Source: Octopus sinensis (Eukaryota). From it: a stretch of DNA of 64,000 nt. The notes beneath the pieces were generated by a model that was not told the DNA's origin, did no database searches, and saw only the letters and a program-made list of their open reading frames with translations. Below, in pieces: positions 27,509 to 38,694 of the stretch (position 1 is its first letter; each line of letters begins with the position of its first letter). The position numbers and the translations under genes are program-made. The stretch is from the NCBI RefSeq assembly GCF_006345805.1, contig NC_043002.1:19840001-19904000 (forward strand), in the 5' to 3' direction.

Positions 27509-27730
27509 CCCTTTCGTTACCAGCCTGGCTGAAACCGGCTCTGGCTCTGTAGTACAAATATCTTGTTTTCATAAGTTTTGAATTAAAATCTTCCACCAAA
27601 CCTTAGTCACAATTTATGTTCCTAACACTAGCTGAATGATAACTAAGTTATTTTACTGAATTCTTTGTTATATTTAAAATTAATTGAAAGAAACAAAGAG
27701 CATCTCAAAATAAATACAGTAATGAAAGGG
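27509..27730. mobile_element. piggyBac-like MITE, copy 2
   Basis: TTAA|ccctttcgttac...gtaatgaaaggg|TTAA; inserted in an (AAC)-tail repeat. Confidence 0.85.
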
Positions 27731-28230
27731 TTAAATCACACCCTATTATCTTAAAAAAAAAATGAAAGCACATATTGAATAGTACAGTCCTAGATATCCT
27801 TACAAAACAGGATGATCAAGACAAGAATGCCTTTGATCACAGATCTATTTGATCAGGATTGACACGTACAACAACACTTCATAAAGACGAAGTCTTCAAG
27901 GTGGTCCCCAGACAACCCAATGGATGATGTGAGTCACTACCAGTAAAGGAGCTTTATATGGCTGCTTGAATTATAGAAATAACAGCCACATTTCCCCCTG
28001 AATCACACCTTACTGTTTTGAAAAAGGAAGAGCACATTGGATAATGAAATATGGGGTACACAATGCTCAAAAAAAGAAGTAAAAATCATGACTTGAATGC
28101 TTTCCATTACAGGCCTGCTTGACCAGGGCTGATCTGGGTAAACCAAACAATATTAACAATGAGATGAGATCAAGAATTCAAAGAAACTGGAGATTCTGTG
28201 TCAGCAAAAGTCAATCCCTTGAAATTCATC

Positions 28231-28272
<42 letters not shown>

Positions 28273-28483
28273 TTACAGTAAATTAATTTGCTATAGTTAG
28301 TGAAAAATCCAATGTTTTGGATGTTTCTTTAGAAAGAAAAAATTATAGAAACTAATGCTGAGATTACTAACAAATAATTGTTTAGTAAGCATGGCATAAG
28401 CCTCTTTATACTTTCTTTCTTGCCAAAGAAAAAAACATGTCCAAAATATTGGATTATGTTTTCACTCCTCATAGCAAATTTGT

Positions 28484-28621
28484 TCACTGTATTAACATTA
28501 TATCTATCCTCGTTTATCACTGTATTAACATTATATCTATCCTTGTTTATCACTGTATTAACATTATACCTATCCTCGTTTATCACTGTATTAACATTAT
28601 ATCTATCCTCGTTTATCACTG
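28484..28621. repeat. 33-bp minisatellite, about 4.1 copies
   Basis: Unit cactgtattaacattatatctatcctcgtttat. Confidence 0.95.
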
Positions 28622-29538
28622 ATCCAGGATAACACAGTACACTTGATTGTAAACCATGCTACGCTTGTCCTAAATTGATCTGTGATAACACAAGTTGGCA
28701 ATCAGTCAAAGATTCGGCTTATGATATTTTTTATTATATTATTATTTACTGATCATAAACTATTAAATTTTACTCTAAATATTTTTCCAAATGTGAAGCA
28801 ATATTATTATGTGTGTTTAAAAACTGTTTAGCAGTATTATTTGGGTAAGTCAGGAGGCCAACTTGGGGTCTCATCTTGAGACCCCAACTCATCTTGAGAC
28901 CCCAACTTGTTCTATTATTCATTTATCATGATCTATTATCATATGCTCATTTAACAGTTTTTTTTTTTAACCAAACAAAGGCAAATGTATAAATGTAGTG
29001 AGAACTCTTTCTAGTATCATGTTTGGGGTTCAATTTTATCTATAGTATAAAAATGCTTATCACAGTCCATCATGTCATGTATATATATATATAAATTAAT
29101 AAATAAAATAAAACATATGCATATATACATACATATATATACGTACCTACCTCTACATGTATATATACATGCATATATGGGTACAGGACACCAAAACAAC
29201 GTTGAACACAATGAGAAACGAAAACATAAACACAAAACCAAGGAAATGGACATTTTTCTTAAACAACGAAAAAATAGAGTACAGGACATACAATACAAGG
29301 AAAATTCCCCTTCTTCAGTCGCCTCTGTTTCATCTACTCCGCATTTCATATATATACACACACACACATGCTAATATCAAACTGTGAGAATGAGTGCTCA
29401 GCACTATATTGGTGGATAAATATTCCTTATTTGGAGGTTAACAAGGCTACCATTGGTTTCATGCAGAGAGAAATCACATCAATTATCAAGTCTGCCACAT
29501 GGGATGTTAGTTCTCATCTCTCTCTGGGATGAAAACAA

Positions 29539-29602
<64 letters not shown>

Positions 29603-30237
29603 TCCAGCTCCTGTCAAAGCATTCAACATATGCCAGTATGGATGTTGAATGATAATGATAATGATGATGATGATGAAGATGGTGATTACATTTATTATAA
29701 CAGTAATGAGAAAAAAGAAAACATCAATATTAATTAAAATTACTCCCAAAAGTCAAGGGGAAAACTTTTTATTTCAATTAGCCAAAAAATATATCTGGAG
29801 GTATGCAGAATATTAGGCTGAATTTGATCCTTGCTGGAAATGGTTTTGGTTACATTAGGCCTTCCAGTAAAACATTGAGAGCCTCCACATTCCAGTATAT
29901 TACCATTAAATTGGTTTTCAGTTGAAACAGTGGAAGTTCTCTCCCTTTCCCCTTTTCAGAGTAATTTTCTTTAACACTAATGACTTTTCTTCTCAGTATG
30001 GTTATAACTCCAATCAGTTAAAAAAATCTTTTCACTTCACCATATTAAGTATGTTAACATGCATGTAAATTATACATTCTATATACTGAAGGAAAGCTTC
30101 AGAAAAAATTCCAGTGTCATTATTTTTAATTGCCTCATCAGTGAATGATTGACACATCAAAAACTATATTTTATAGTCATTCAGAAGTCTTGGCGGCAGC
30201 TTTGATGAGAAGCTCTAATAAAACTGAAATATATAAT

Positions 30238-30505
30238 AGTCTGTGTATCATAGTGCAGATATGTCATGGAAAGCTAAATTAAGTGCATTTCTGCATTTCG
30301 GGGCTTCATCAGTAGCAAATACCCACTAGCAGTTGCCAGTGAGTGTGCATTCGGCTGATAAAGCCCCATCAAATGCAGAAATGCACATCTAGCATTCCCA
30401 GCACCACTGCTGGACAATTTTTATCTGCTACTGATCTATTTATAAGTTATTCAACCACAGTTAATTTAATTGTCTGTGACATATTTGCATTATGATACAC
30501 AGACT
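30238..30505. repeat. Nested inverted repeat (old palindromic element)
   Basis: 30238-30266 pairs with 30477-30505 (27 of 29 match); 30283-30312 pairs with 30355-30386. Confidence 0.85.
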
Positions 30506-32444
30506 GCCATTTATTCTAACACTGCTTCTGTTGCACATACTGATATATTATGATCATAAGACCAGACTAAGAAACCGCGTACATATCTCCATTTAATCTT
30601 TGCTCGACTGGAAGTTTGGGAGTTCTCTCCCTTGATCCCATTTGAAAGTAATTTTCATTAAAAATAATGACTAATATTCTAATTATGGTTATGATTTCAT
30701 TTGTTTAAAAATTATTTTGGGCTCACTACATTAAGAATTGTAGCATACATATAACTATGTATTCTTTATACAGAAGGCAACCATGGGAAATTTTCCTGTA
30801 TCAATATATATATGTTTATGTGTATGTATGAATGTATGTATGTACTTCTAATCTATATACAATGCATAGAGAGACTAAAGACACGTCCACAGACGCACAT
30901 GCATACATGCAAACTCACATTCACACTGTTACTGTGTTCGTAAATATGTGTTAATACAAATTCCTGTTTTTAATTCCCGAAGCTGACTTAACGTGTGAAC
31001 AGTGTTGTATGGTGGCTATGCCATATTGCAGCTGTATGTATATGTTTGTCTATATGACCATATGCAAGGTATCGATAATGAAAGCTTGCTAACCACAACA
31101 GCAACAACCACAACAACAAGAGCACCTGCAACGCCCACAATATCTTCACCACCACTGTTAATCATCATCATCATCAATATCTAAAGCAGCAAACGAGTGA
31201 CGCTATGTGATGTCTCGACCTGTGCTAGACACAGAAGCCAACTCTTCCTCAAATCACATCCGTCCCTCTCAAAAAGGAAGGACATACATTAGATAATGTA
31301 ATCCTTAATACATCTTTTAAAAAAAAAACATACAGGAAGGTCACAGCTGGAATGCCTTTTAGACCAGTATTGATGTGGAGTTAACGACTACTACTACTAC
31401 TACTACTATTACTACTACAACTACTACTACCACCACCACCACCACTACCACTACTACTACTACTACTACTACTATTATTACTACTACTACCACCACCACC
31501 ACCACCACCACTACTACTACTACTACTACTTCATATAGATAACAACAATGCTGATGAAAATCATACCTATACTATTAATAACAATTCATTTAGCAGTAAC
31601 AGCTACAGTAATACTATCACAGTAACTAAACTGATCAATGGTAGTACAACTTCATCCCCACCACAACCACCACATAGAGGTGGGGGGGATCTATGCGGTC
31701 GCACGATCTGCTACAAATAACAGCTTAATCTCCCTCGAATCAAATGCTAAGGACACATTAAATGATGCGGTCCTAAGTGCGCTATGCTTTGGGGGGAGAT
31801 AAAAAAAACGGAACGAACGCAACTAGAATTACCTTTGGTCAGGATCTGTTTGATCAGAGCTGACCTGAGGCTAAATACAACATAAGCTCGTCGATATAAC
31901 TACTATCACGCAAAAGAGACCACCACCACCAGCATAGCTACACACCACCACGACCATAACTACAGCATCACCACAACCACAGCCCAGCCGTTTCAATTAC
32001 ACCACTATAGTCACAACGACAGGACTATACCACCACCACTACTACTACAGATACCATAATCAGAACTATAGCTCTACAAACAGAACACTAACACCACCAC
32101 CACCACCACAATTAATTACACTACTTCAATCACATCGGCAGAACTCTCACTACTACTGCTACTACGACGACGACAATCACCACAACGAAACCACTTCAAT
32201 CACAATCAGACTATCACCTACACCACCACAAAAACCACCACCACCACAAGGTCAACAAGACCATTACATTCTGACAGAAAGAGACGGGGATGACGGAAGA
32301 CACGGTAAGACAGAAGCTAAGGGAAATCGAACACCTGGATGTCCTGTTCAAAGTGTATGCTGTGTGTGGGAATAAAGATGAGGGAAAAATTAGGATGGAG
32401 ATGGTGAGGGAAAACTGTTGACTACAAACAAGGGGTATATAGAG

Positions 32445-32484
<40 letters not shown>

Positions 32485-33098
32485 TGCGTCAGAAGGGGAA
32501 GGGAGAGGGAGGAAAGAACAAGGTAATTAAGAATGACAGGATCTAGAAATCTGAACGAAAAGCTGGCTGGGAATTGACAGGAAAAGCGAGAGATGACGAG
32601 AGGAAATGATAGAATACAGTTAGAATGACAGATAGAGGCAATAAGAGAGATGGGGATATGTCAGAGAGAAGGGGGGAGAAGGGATAGAAAGTAAAAAAGC
32701 ACAAAGTGAGAGAGAAAGGAGGGGGGAAAGAGTATTAAAATGAGAAGACAAAAAGAAAGAGAAGATACAAAAGGAAAATGAGATAGAAAGACAGATAGAG
32801 TAAAAATGAGAAACGAGGAACAGAAAATGTGAAAAGGTGGGTTCCAGCAGAAAGAGAAAAAGTAAGAAGGAAGAGAGCGAAAGATGCTAATAAATGAAAT
32901 TAGAAAGGTAAATGATGGAGATGTATTAACACATTTATAGAGAGGGAGAGAGAGGCGGGGATTGAGAATCTAATGCAATTATATACATGATAAATAGACA
33001 TTAACAGATGAGCGTATAGATAGGTGCACAAATAGTAAGGCAAACAGATAGCCGAATGATCGATCGATCGATCGATAAATCGATAGATAGATAGATAA

Positions 33099-33134
<36 letters not shown>

Positions 33135-33437
33135 TGACACATGAAGATGGACAGAAAAATAGAGATACGCAAGGGTAGCTAGAACGGTGTATTGTGGATG
33201 ACCTGACCTAGTTAATGAGGGATGTGTTGAAAAACGAAAGGCGATCAAAACAAAAACAAACTGAATAATCATCGCCAAAGGGTTATTAGTGTAAAAGAAT
33301 TACGACATTCAAACTGAACGTGATATGACAATGTACGTTCGTCTCATTCTTACATCAACTATATTACACACAAAAACACAGAGGTAGATAGATAATAGAT
33401 AGATAGATAGATAGATAGACGGATAGACGGATAGATG

Positions 33438-33506
<69 letters not shown>

Positions 33507-34849
33507 AGCCTAGTGGTTAATGGGTTCAGCTCATATAAGGTCGTGGGTTCGATTGATGGACCGACGCTCATTGTATCCTTGAGCGGAGTGTTTCATTTTA
33601 TGCTGCTTCACTCTACCTCAGCTGGAAATGAGTATCAAGCAGAATGTCGATTCAGCCTTTTCTCTCTCTAGCTATCACATCAGCGATATTCTGCCGGGTG
33701 GAGGGTGGGTGGATGCCGGCAGTCCAAGTGAAGGTGGATATGTACGTATGTAATAATAGTTTGACTAAGCTCCGCATTACTTAAAGTTTCATGAACGCGT
33801 AGGACACATTCACGAATCTTGTAAATAACATGGAGCTGAGTCCTAACTTTTATTGAATACATATAGCTCCAACCAAATGTGTTGAATGCTACTTTCTCCC
33901 AACTATGCACTTACTCGTATGTTACACACACACACACACACACACACACCACACACACACACGAGTGAGTGTATGTAAATGCCGAGTTGCGCGTTACCGC
34001 TCTTCACTACGACTAATAAGTTTTGGTTTATATATTACAGGCTTTATATATTTGTTCAAAAAAATGACAGTTATAAATACTGAAATTCTAAAATTCAGAA
34101 TCTAACAAAATATTTAACGGTTGATGAGGTATTTATATGTGAAATTTGAAATAAAAATGATAGAAGGAGAAAACTAAAAGCTAGAGGGGCATGAAAGAGA
34201 AAAGGCGGGAACAGAGAGATGCAAAAGAAGAGAGAAGAAAGAGTAAAGTAAAATTCGGAGAAAAGATAGAAGAAAGAGAAGGAATAATTAGAAAGAACTA
34301 TGAAACCTGTGTAGACAATTAGTTTCGACGTCGTTATGGAGAAATGGGTATATTTATTAGGGAAGATTGTAAACACTAATACGAAAGTGTAAGGTGTATG
34401 ATTATGTAAAAAGCTGACTGAATGGAGAGAAAAAGAAGTCACAAGAGGAAGATATAAATCTGTTACAGTTCACATAGGTGTTAAATTAGAAAGAACGAAA
34501 GAAAGAGGAAAATTCCTAAAGAAGAAAAGAAAGAAAAAGAAAAATAATAATGCTGAGGTAGAGACGTATATCCTGGAAAACCAGCCGATCAGTGGATAAA
34601 TAATAACATGAAAATTATGTACAGGATTCACTTGCCAATTGAGAGTTGATTTTCCAATTGTGAGACAATGCATTTCATCAGATGAAGACGTTTTAATTGA
34701 GTAGTATCCAACTATAATAATGTCATGAAAGAGGGTGGTTGCTACTCAGAAATACAATAAACATTACCGTGTAACACCTCTTAAAGTAGAAAAAGAAAAC
34801 ACTGTTCGAGCGTAACATAATCTGGTTTAATCCTCCATATAGTCTAAGT

Positions 34850-35382
34850 GTGACGTCCAGTATTGCCAAAACTTTCTTCAGCCTTTTGAAGCGGAACATC
34901 TCAATTAGTCATAACTATCACAAAATCTTTTACCCGAATTCGCTGGAAGTTAGCAACGGTAATACTAACAACATTAAGAATTTTATTTCCGGCATCAACA
35001 GAAAAAGTACAATAGCAGCCTTTCGTAATTTAACCAGTACTGATGCAACTTCAATTCATGCTCATTTGATGGCTAAAATGAAAATAACTTATGCTTAACA
35101 GAACGCATCTTTAAAAGCAAGTACGCACAGCATATATGGTTTTTATACACCCAAGGGAAAGAAACATCAACCGCTTTTGGAAGCACATCTTGAGACTAGA
35201 AGATACCACAAGTTTAAGGACTGTATTCCATGATAGGATTTTACAAACCACATTCTGGAAAATTTGGATCGTGTTTGTGTACATGCAAAAAACTCTCGCT
35301 TTTACACACCACCTGAACTTGTTGAAATTTTAGGAACGAATTAATTTTGACATGTCGTTACCAAAACAAGTTTATTCTTTGA
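34850..35382 (+). pseudogene. Decayed Penelope-like element ORF 3' part (RT linker and GIY-YIG endonuclease)
   Basis: SIAKTFFSLLKRNISISHNYHKIFYPNSLEVS resembles the NIGKxFL...HKIFNRNTLKVSY linker; also LTERIFKSKYAQH and the C-terminal ELILTCRYQNKFIL*. Many stops and frameshifts. Confidence 0.7.
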
Positions 35383-35512
35383 AAGTATATCTACGAGCTA
35401 AATATACTGCAGTTTTATAGATGAAATTTTTTTTGTTCTATATTTAAGAGATGAGGAATTATGTACATCATTTACATTTGACAGATATTTGTCCTCATCT
35501 TGTTTGTTGTTA

Positions 35513-35558
35513 AACACAACGTTTCGGCTGATACACCCTCCAGCCTTCATCAGGTGCC
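35513..35558 (-). ncRNA. Minimal type I hammerhead ribozyme, second copy
   Basis: Minus strand reads ggcac-CTGATGA-a-GGCTG-gagggtgtat-CAGCC-GAAA-CGT-T-gtgtt. Confidence 0.75.
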
Positions 35559-35717
35559 TTGGGGAAATTTCGAACCTGGGTTCTCATTCCTAAGGTATTA
35601 TTCAGGTTAGTAGCCAGCACTCTTAACCACTAAACCATATGCCCACAGGCATATGGCGTAGTGGTTAAGAGCGCGGGCTACTAACCCCAAGATTCTGAGT
35701 TCGATTCCAAGCAGTGA

Positions 35718-35762
<45 letters not shown>

Positions 35763-35817
35763 TAATAACATCGAAAAATACCATAGGAATGAGATCCCAG
35801 ATTCGAAATTTCCCCAA

Positions 35818-35863
35818 GATACCTGATGAAGGCTGGAGGGTATATCAGCCGAAACGTTGTGTT
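35818..35863 (+). ncRNA. Minimal type I hammerhead ribozyme (Penelope-type)
   Basis: gatac-CTGATGA-a-GGCTG-gagggtatat-CAGCC-GAAA-CGT-T-gtgtt. It has a 5-bp stem II, palindromic ACGT stem III (dimer type) and wobble-rich stem I. Predicted cut is after 35858. Confidence 0.75.
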
Positions 35864-37849
35864 AACAACAAACAAGATGAGGACAAATATCTGTCAAATG
35901 TAAATAATGGAATTTTTTTTTAATCTTTTCTTTTTGATGGACAGAGTTCCTTGTTAATAATCTATTCTCTGAATATTTAAAGTTCTCATTTCTAAACCAC
36001 ATTTTGCACCAAAAATTCTAGTAGCTATGTTTTTCAAAGTATTTTGCAGGAGACTAAAAGCTGTTAGCAAATGAACTTCTCTTTTTCTCAGAATTAGAAA
36101 AATAATTGAATGTTATAAATTCTTTGATTATGTGCAGAAATATATATGACACGCCACTCCTGCTCGGCATTCTTCTTTTCTTTTCCTTTCTCTTCTTTAT
36201 CCTTTATCTCTCTTCCAGCCCTTATTTCTTCTTTTGAATAAGCATAAAATATTTTAAATGTTACCATCTCGCTATCCTTGTTTTGAACATATAAAGAAAG
36301 TATGCATCGCTTGTAATTTATGATAAAGTTTTTAGTCGTATCGAAAAGCGGTAGCGTGAAACTTGAAGTAAACCGGTGTAAAACCAGCCTTAATTGTTAT
36401 TAACTCTGCATGGGTACCTTTTTTTTTCTTCTTCTTTGAGTGCGTGATGCGTGTGCGCGCGCCTGCACACAAACACACACGCACGCACGCACGCGCATGC
36501 ACATACATACACACACACCTACACTTTGTATATGTATGCGTGCGCGTGCGCGTGTAATACCGCATGAAAATAAATACAAAAATATATACATATATATTAC
36601 ATATAAACATGTATACATGACGGAGTAGTATAGTAAATATTGATTCGAATGGAAAGATATTGAAAGAGGTAAAAGAGATAAAACAGAGATAATACTGCGA
36701 AAGAGAGAGAAGGGTAGAGAGAGAAAGAGGAAGAGACACAGAGACAGACAGACAGGCAGATAGTAAGACATAGATATGTTGTGCCATTGTATGAGTCAGT
36801 TACAAATATTGAGACACTAAGAGATAGACTACTAGATATATAGATAAAGAAAAAGAGAGGGGAGAGAGAGAGAGAGAAGCATATAGAAGATACCTATAGA
36901 AAGAGAAAGTCTAATTAACAGATTTAAGTGAGAAAAAAAAGAGACATTAGGTGATATTCTATACAAAAGCGAATGGGGGAAGATAAACATAGAGGCACAA
37001 GGAAAGGGGACGAAACAGAGCCACATAATGGATTAGAGATAGGTAGGTAGATAAAAAGGGGAAAAGAAACCGGGAAGAGAGAGTTATAGAACAGAAAGAC
37101 ACACACACACACAGACAGAGTCACATATATATAAAGGAAAAGTGAGATGGAGATTTGAGGTGATAGGAGGGCTAATTCAGAGAGAGATAATGTCATGGGC
37201 TTAAAGGGGAGAAACTGAAATAGAGCTGCGATAGAGAGAGAGAGTGGTGTGGCAGGGAAAGAGAAAGAGAGGGCAAACAAGTAAGCTTAACAAAGATTAC
37301 ATCCAAAAACAAAAATATACACCTAATATCAAAGAAGGAAGAGGAACAGACAAAACACACGGGCAGATAAAAAAAAGAGTGATACGGAAAACAAGGTACA
37401 TCCATTACGAAATAAAGAGAGTGACTGAGAATGGAAAAGAAAGAAAATTTTAAAGAAAGAGAGGTCATTAGCGTCTTTTCATTCATTTTCGGTTTTTCCT
37501 TTTCAAAATCACGTCTGCATACTCTCTCTCACACACACACACACTACTTCTCTATCATTAAATACAGTATTACTGTTGTTATCACTACAGCCGTGATCGT
37601 CGTCGTCACCGCCACCACCATCACCATCACTACCACCACTATCACCAGCATCAACAATAATAATCACACACCCATACACAATCTCTCTCTTTTTTTCACG
37701 AATGTTATGCTTCTAATCATGAATATTATAACATTAACATCACAGTCACAATCATTTAAAGCGTCATTATCATCAGTTTTTTTTTTCTTTTCAAATCATC
37801 TCTATCATCATAATTACAAATGATGTTTATATTATTTTGTTCGTTTTAC

Positions 37850-38027
37850 CTGATAAGCATTTCCGAGCCTCCAGGGCGAACTTCTCCCGATACCGGCGAA
37901 TCTCCTTCCCTAGGTCCCGTTCTGGTGGTCCCTCGATGGCCGAGAAAACCGACGCTCCGATGATAAGGTACAATACGTAGAAACATATGAGGACAATAAG
38001 CCGAATGTTACTCTTTGCCAAACCCAT
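37850..38027 (-). CDS. KCNK1: First coding exon of a TWIK-like two-pore-domain (K2P) potassium channel: N-terminus, TM1 and cap helix. The rest of the gene was not found in the window.
   Basis: The 59 codons MGLAKSNIRLIVLICFYVLYLIIGASVFSAIEGPPERDLGKEIRRYREKFALEARKCLS resemble TWIK-1 YLLYLVFGAVVFSSVELPYE...RFLEEHECLS, including the cap Cys. The exon ends TCAG|GTAAAA (phase 1) at 37850/37849. ATG context is gcaATGG. The symbol means KCNK1-like; orthology is not proven. Confidence 0.85.
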
Positions 38028-38694
38028 TGCGACCGATTCGATGTGTGTGCATCAGTGGTTCGTTCCACTCTCTCTTTCACGGCGCAACTGTGAACGTTAG
38101 CTATAAAGCGCAGCAGACTTGAAGACTACGGATGGCCAAAAGCACTGCAGTTAGCCGTACCTCTACATATAGCTTATTATATGGGAAGCTATTATAAGCA
38201 GCCAAATCGTTACTTGCTGCCACTACTGCTGCTGCTGCTATTGTCGCCGTAACACCAACATCAGCAGCAATACCACAGCCGACTGTTGTTATTATGGCTG
38301 TCTATCATAATTCCATTCATTTCTAGGATGCATTATAGGAATATAAATCGACTCATTAATTAACTGGTATTTTATTTTATCGATCCCGGAGGGATAAAAG
38401 GCAAAATCTGCTCTTACGGGATTCGAACTCGAGACGTAAAGAACCACAAGGTTTTTTTTATCAACCAGTCTATTGATTATGCCAATCCGCCGTCGTTATT
38501 TATTGATGTTAAGAATGAACGAAGTTTCACTTTACTTACGTCACTAAAATCACCTGAAATGCAGAGCTGAAAATATCTATGCTTAGCACTCACGAAGCTG
38601 GAATCAGGGTGACCGGTTTCGAAGTCCAGTCGATGTCGTCTTAACTTACGGACGATATCGTTGGAAAAGGCTTAATAAATAAACATTGCTCCAT

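Larger units (their letters stand above)
35435..35909. mobile_element. Head-to-head palindromic dimer of a tRNA-headed, Penelope-tail non-autonomous element
   Basis: Arms 35466-35600 and 35775-35909 are about 94% reverse-complementary. Centre is ccatatgcc-caca-ggcatatgg. The right unit has A box TGGCGTAGTGG (35654-35664), B box GTTCGATTC (about 35699-35707) and an (AAT)n tract. Confidence 0.85.
1..37849 (-). other. Probable intron 1 of the K2P gene (at least 37.8 kb, continuing beyond the window start)
   Basis: GT donor at 37849-37848. A by-eye search found no exon encoding the pore motif TTIGYG, whole or split. Confidence 0.55.

Noticed and set aside
29290-29350. Hammerhead around the minus-strand CTGAAGA
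   Set aside because: No GAAA follows a closing stem II, and the element is truncated at a TA tract.
35648-35720. tRNA gene
   Set aside because: A and B boxes are present, but the acceptor stem does not close and it runs into (AAT)n and a repeat tail. It is a SINE-type head, as are the other tRNA-like heads.
1-37849. K2P exon 2 (pore helix TTIGYG)
   Set aside because: GYG-like hits near 1233 and 13795 lack the TTI context and lie in non-coding or low-complexity sequence.
38160-38200. TATA box for the channel gene
   Set aside because: TATA-like words are too frequent in this AT-rich DNA to call without TSS data.
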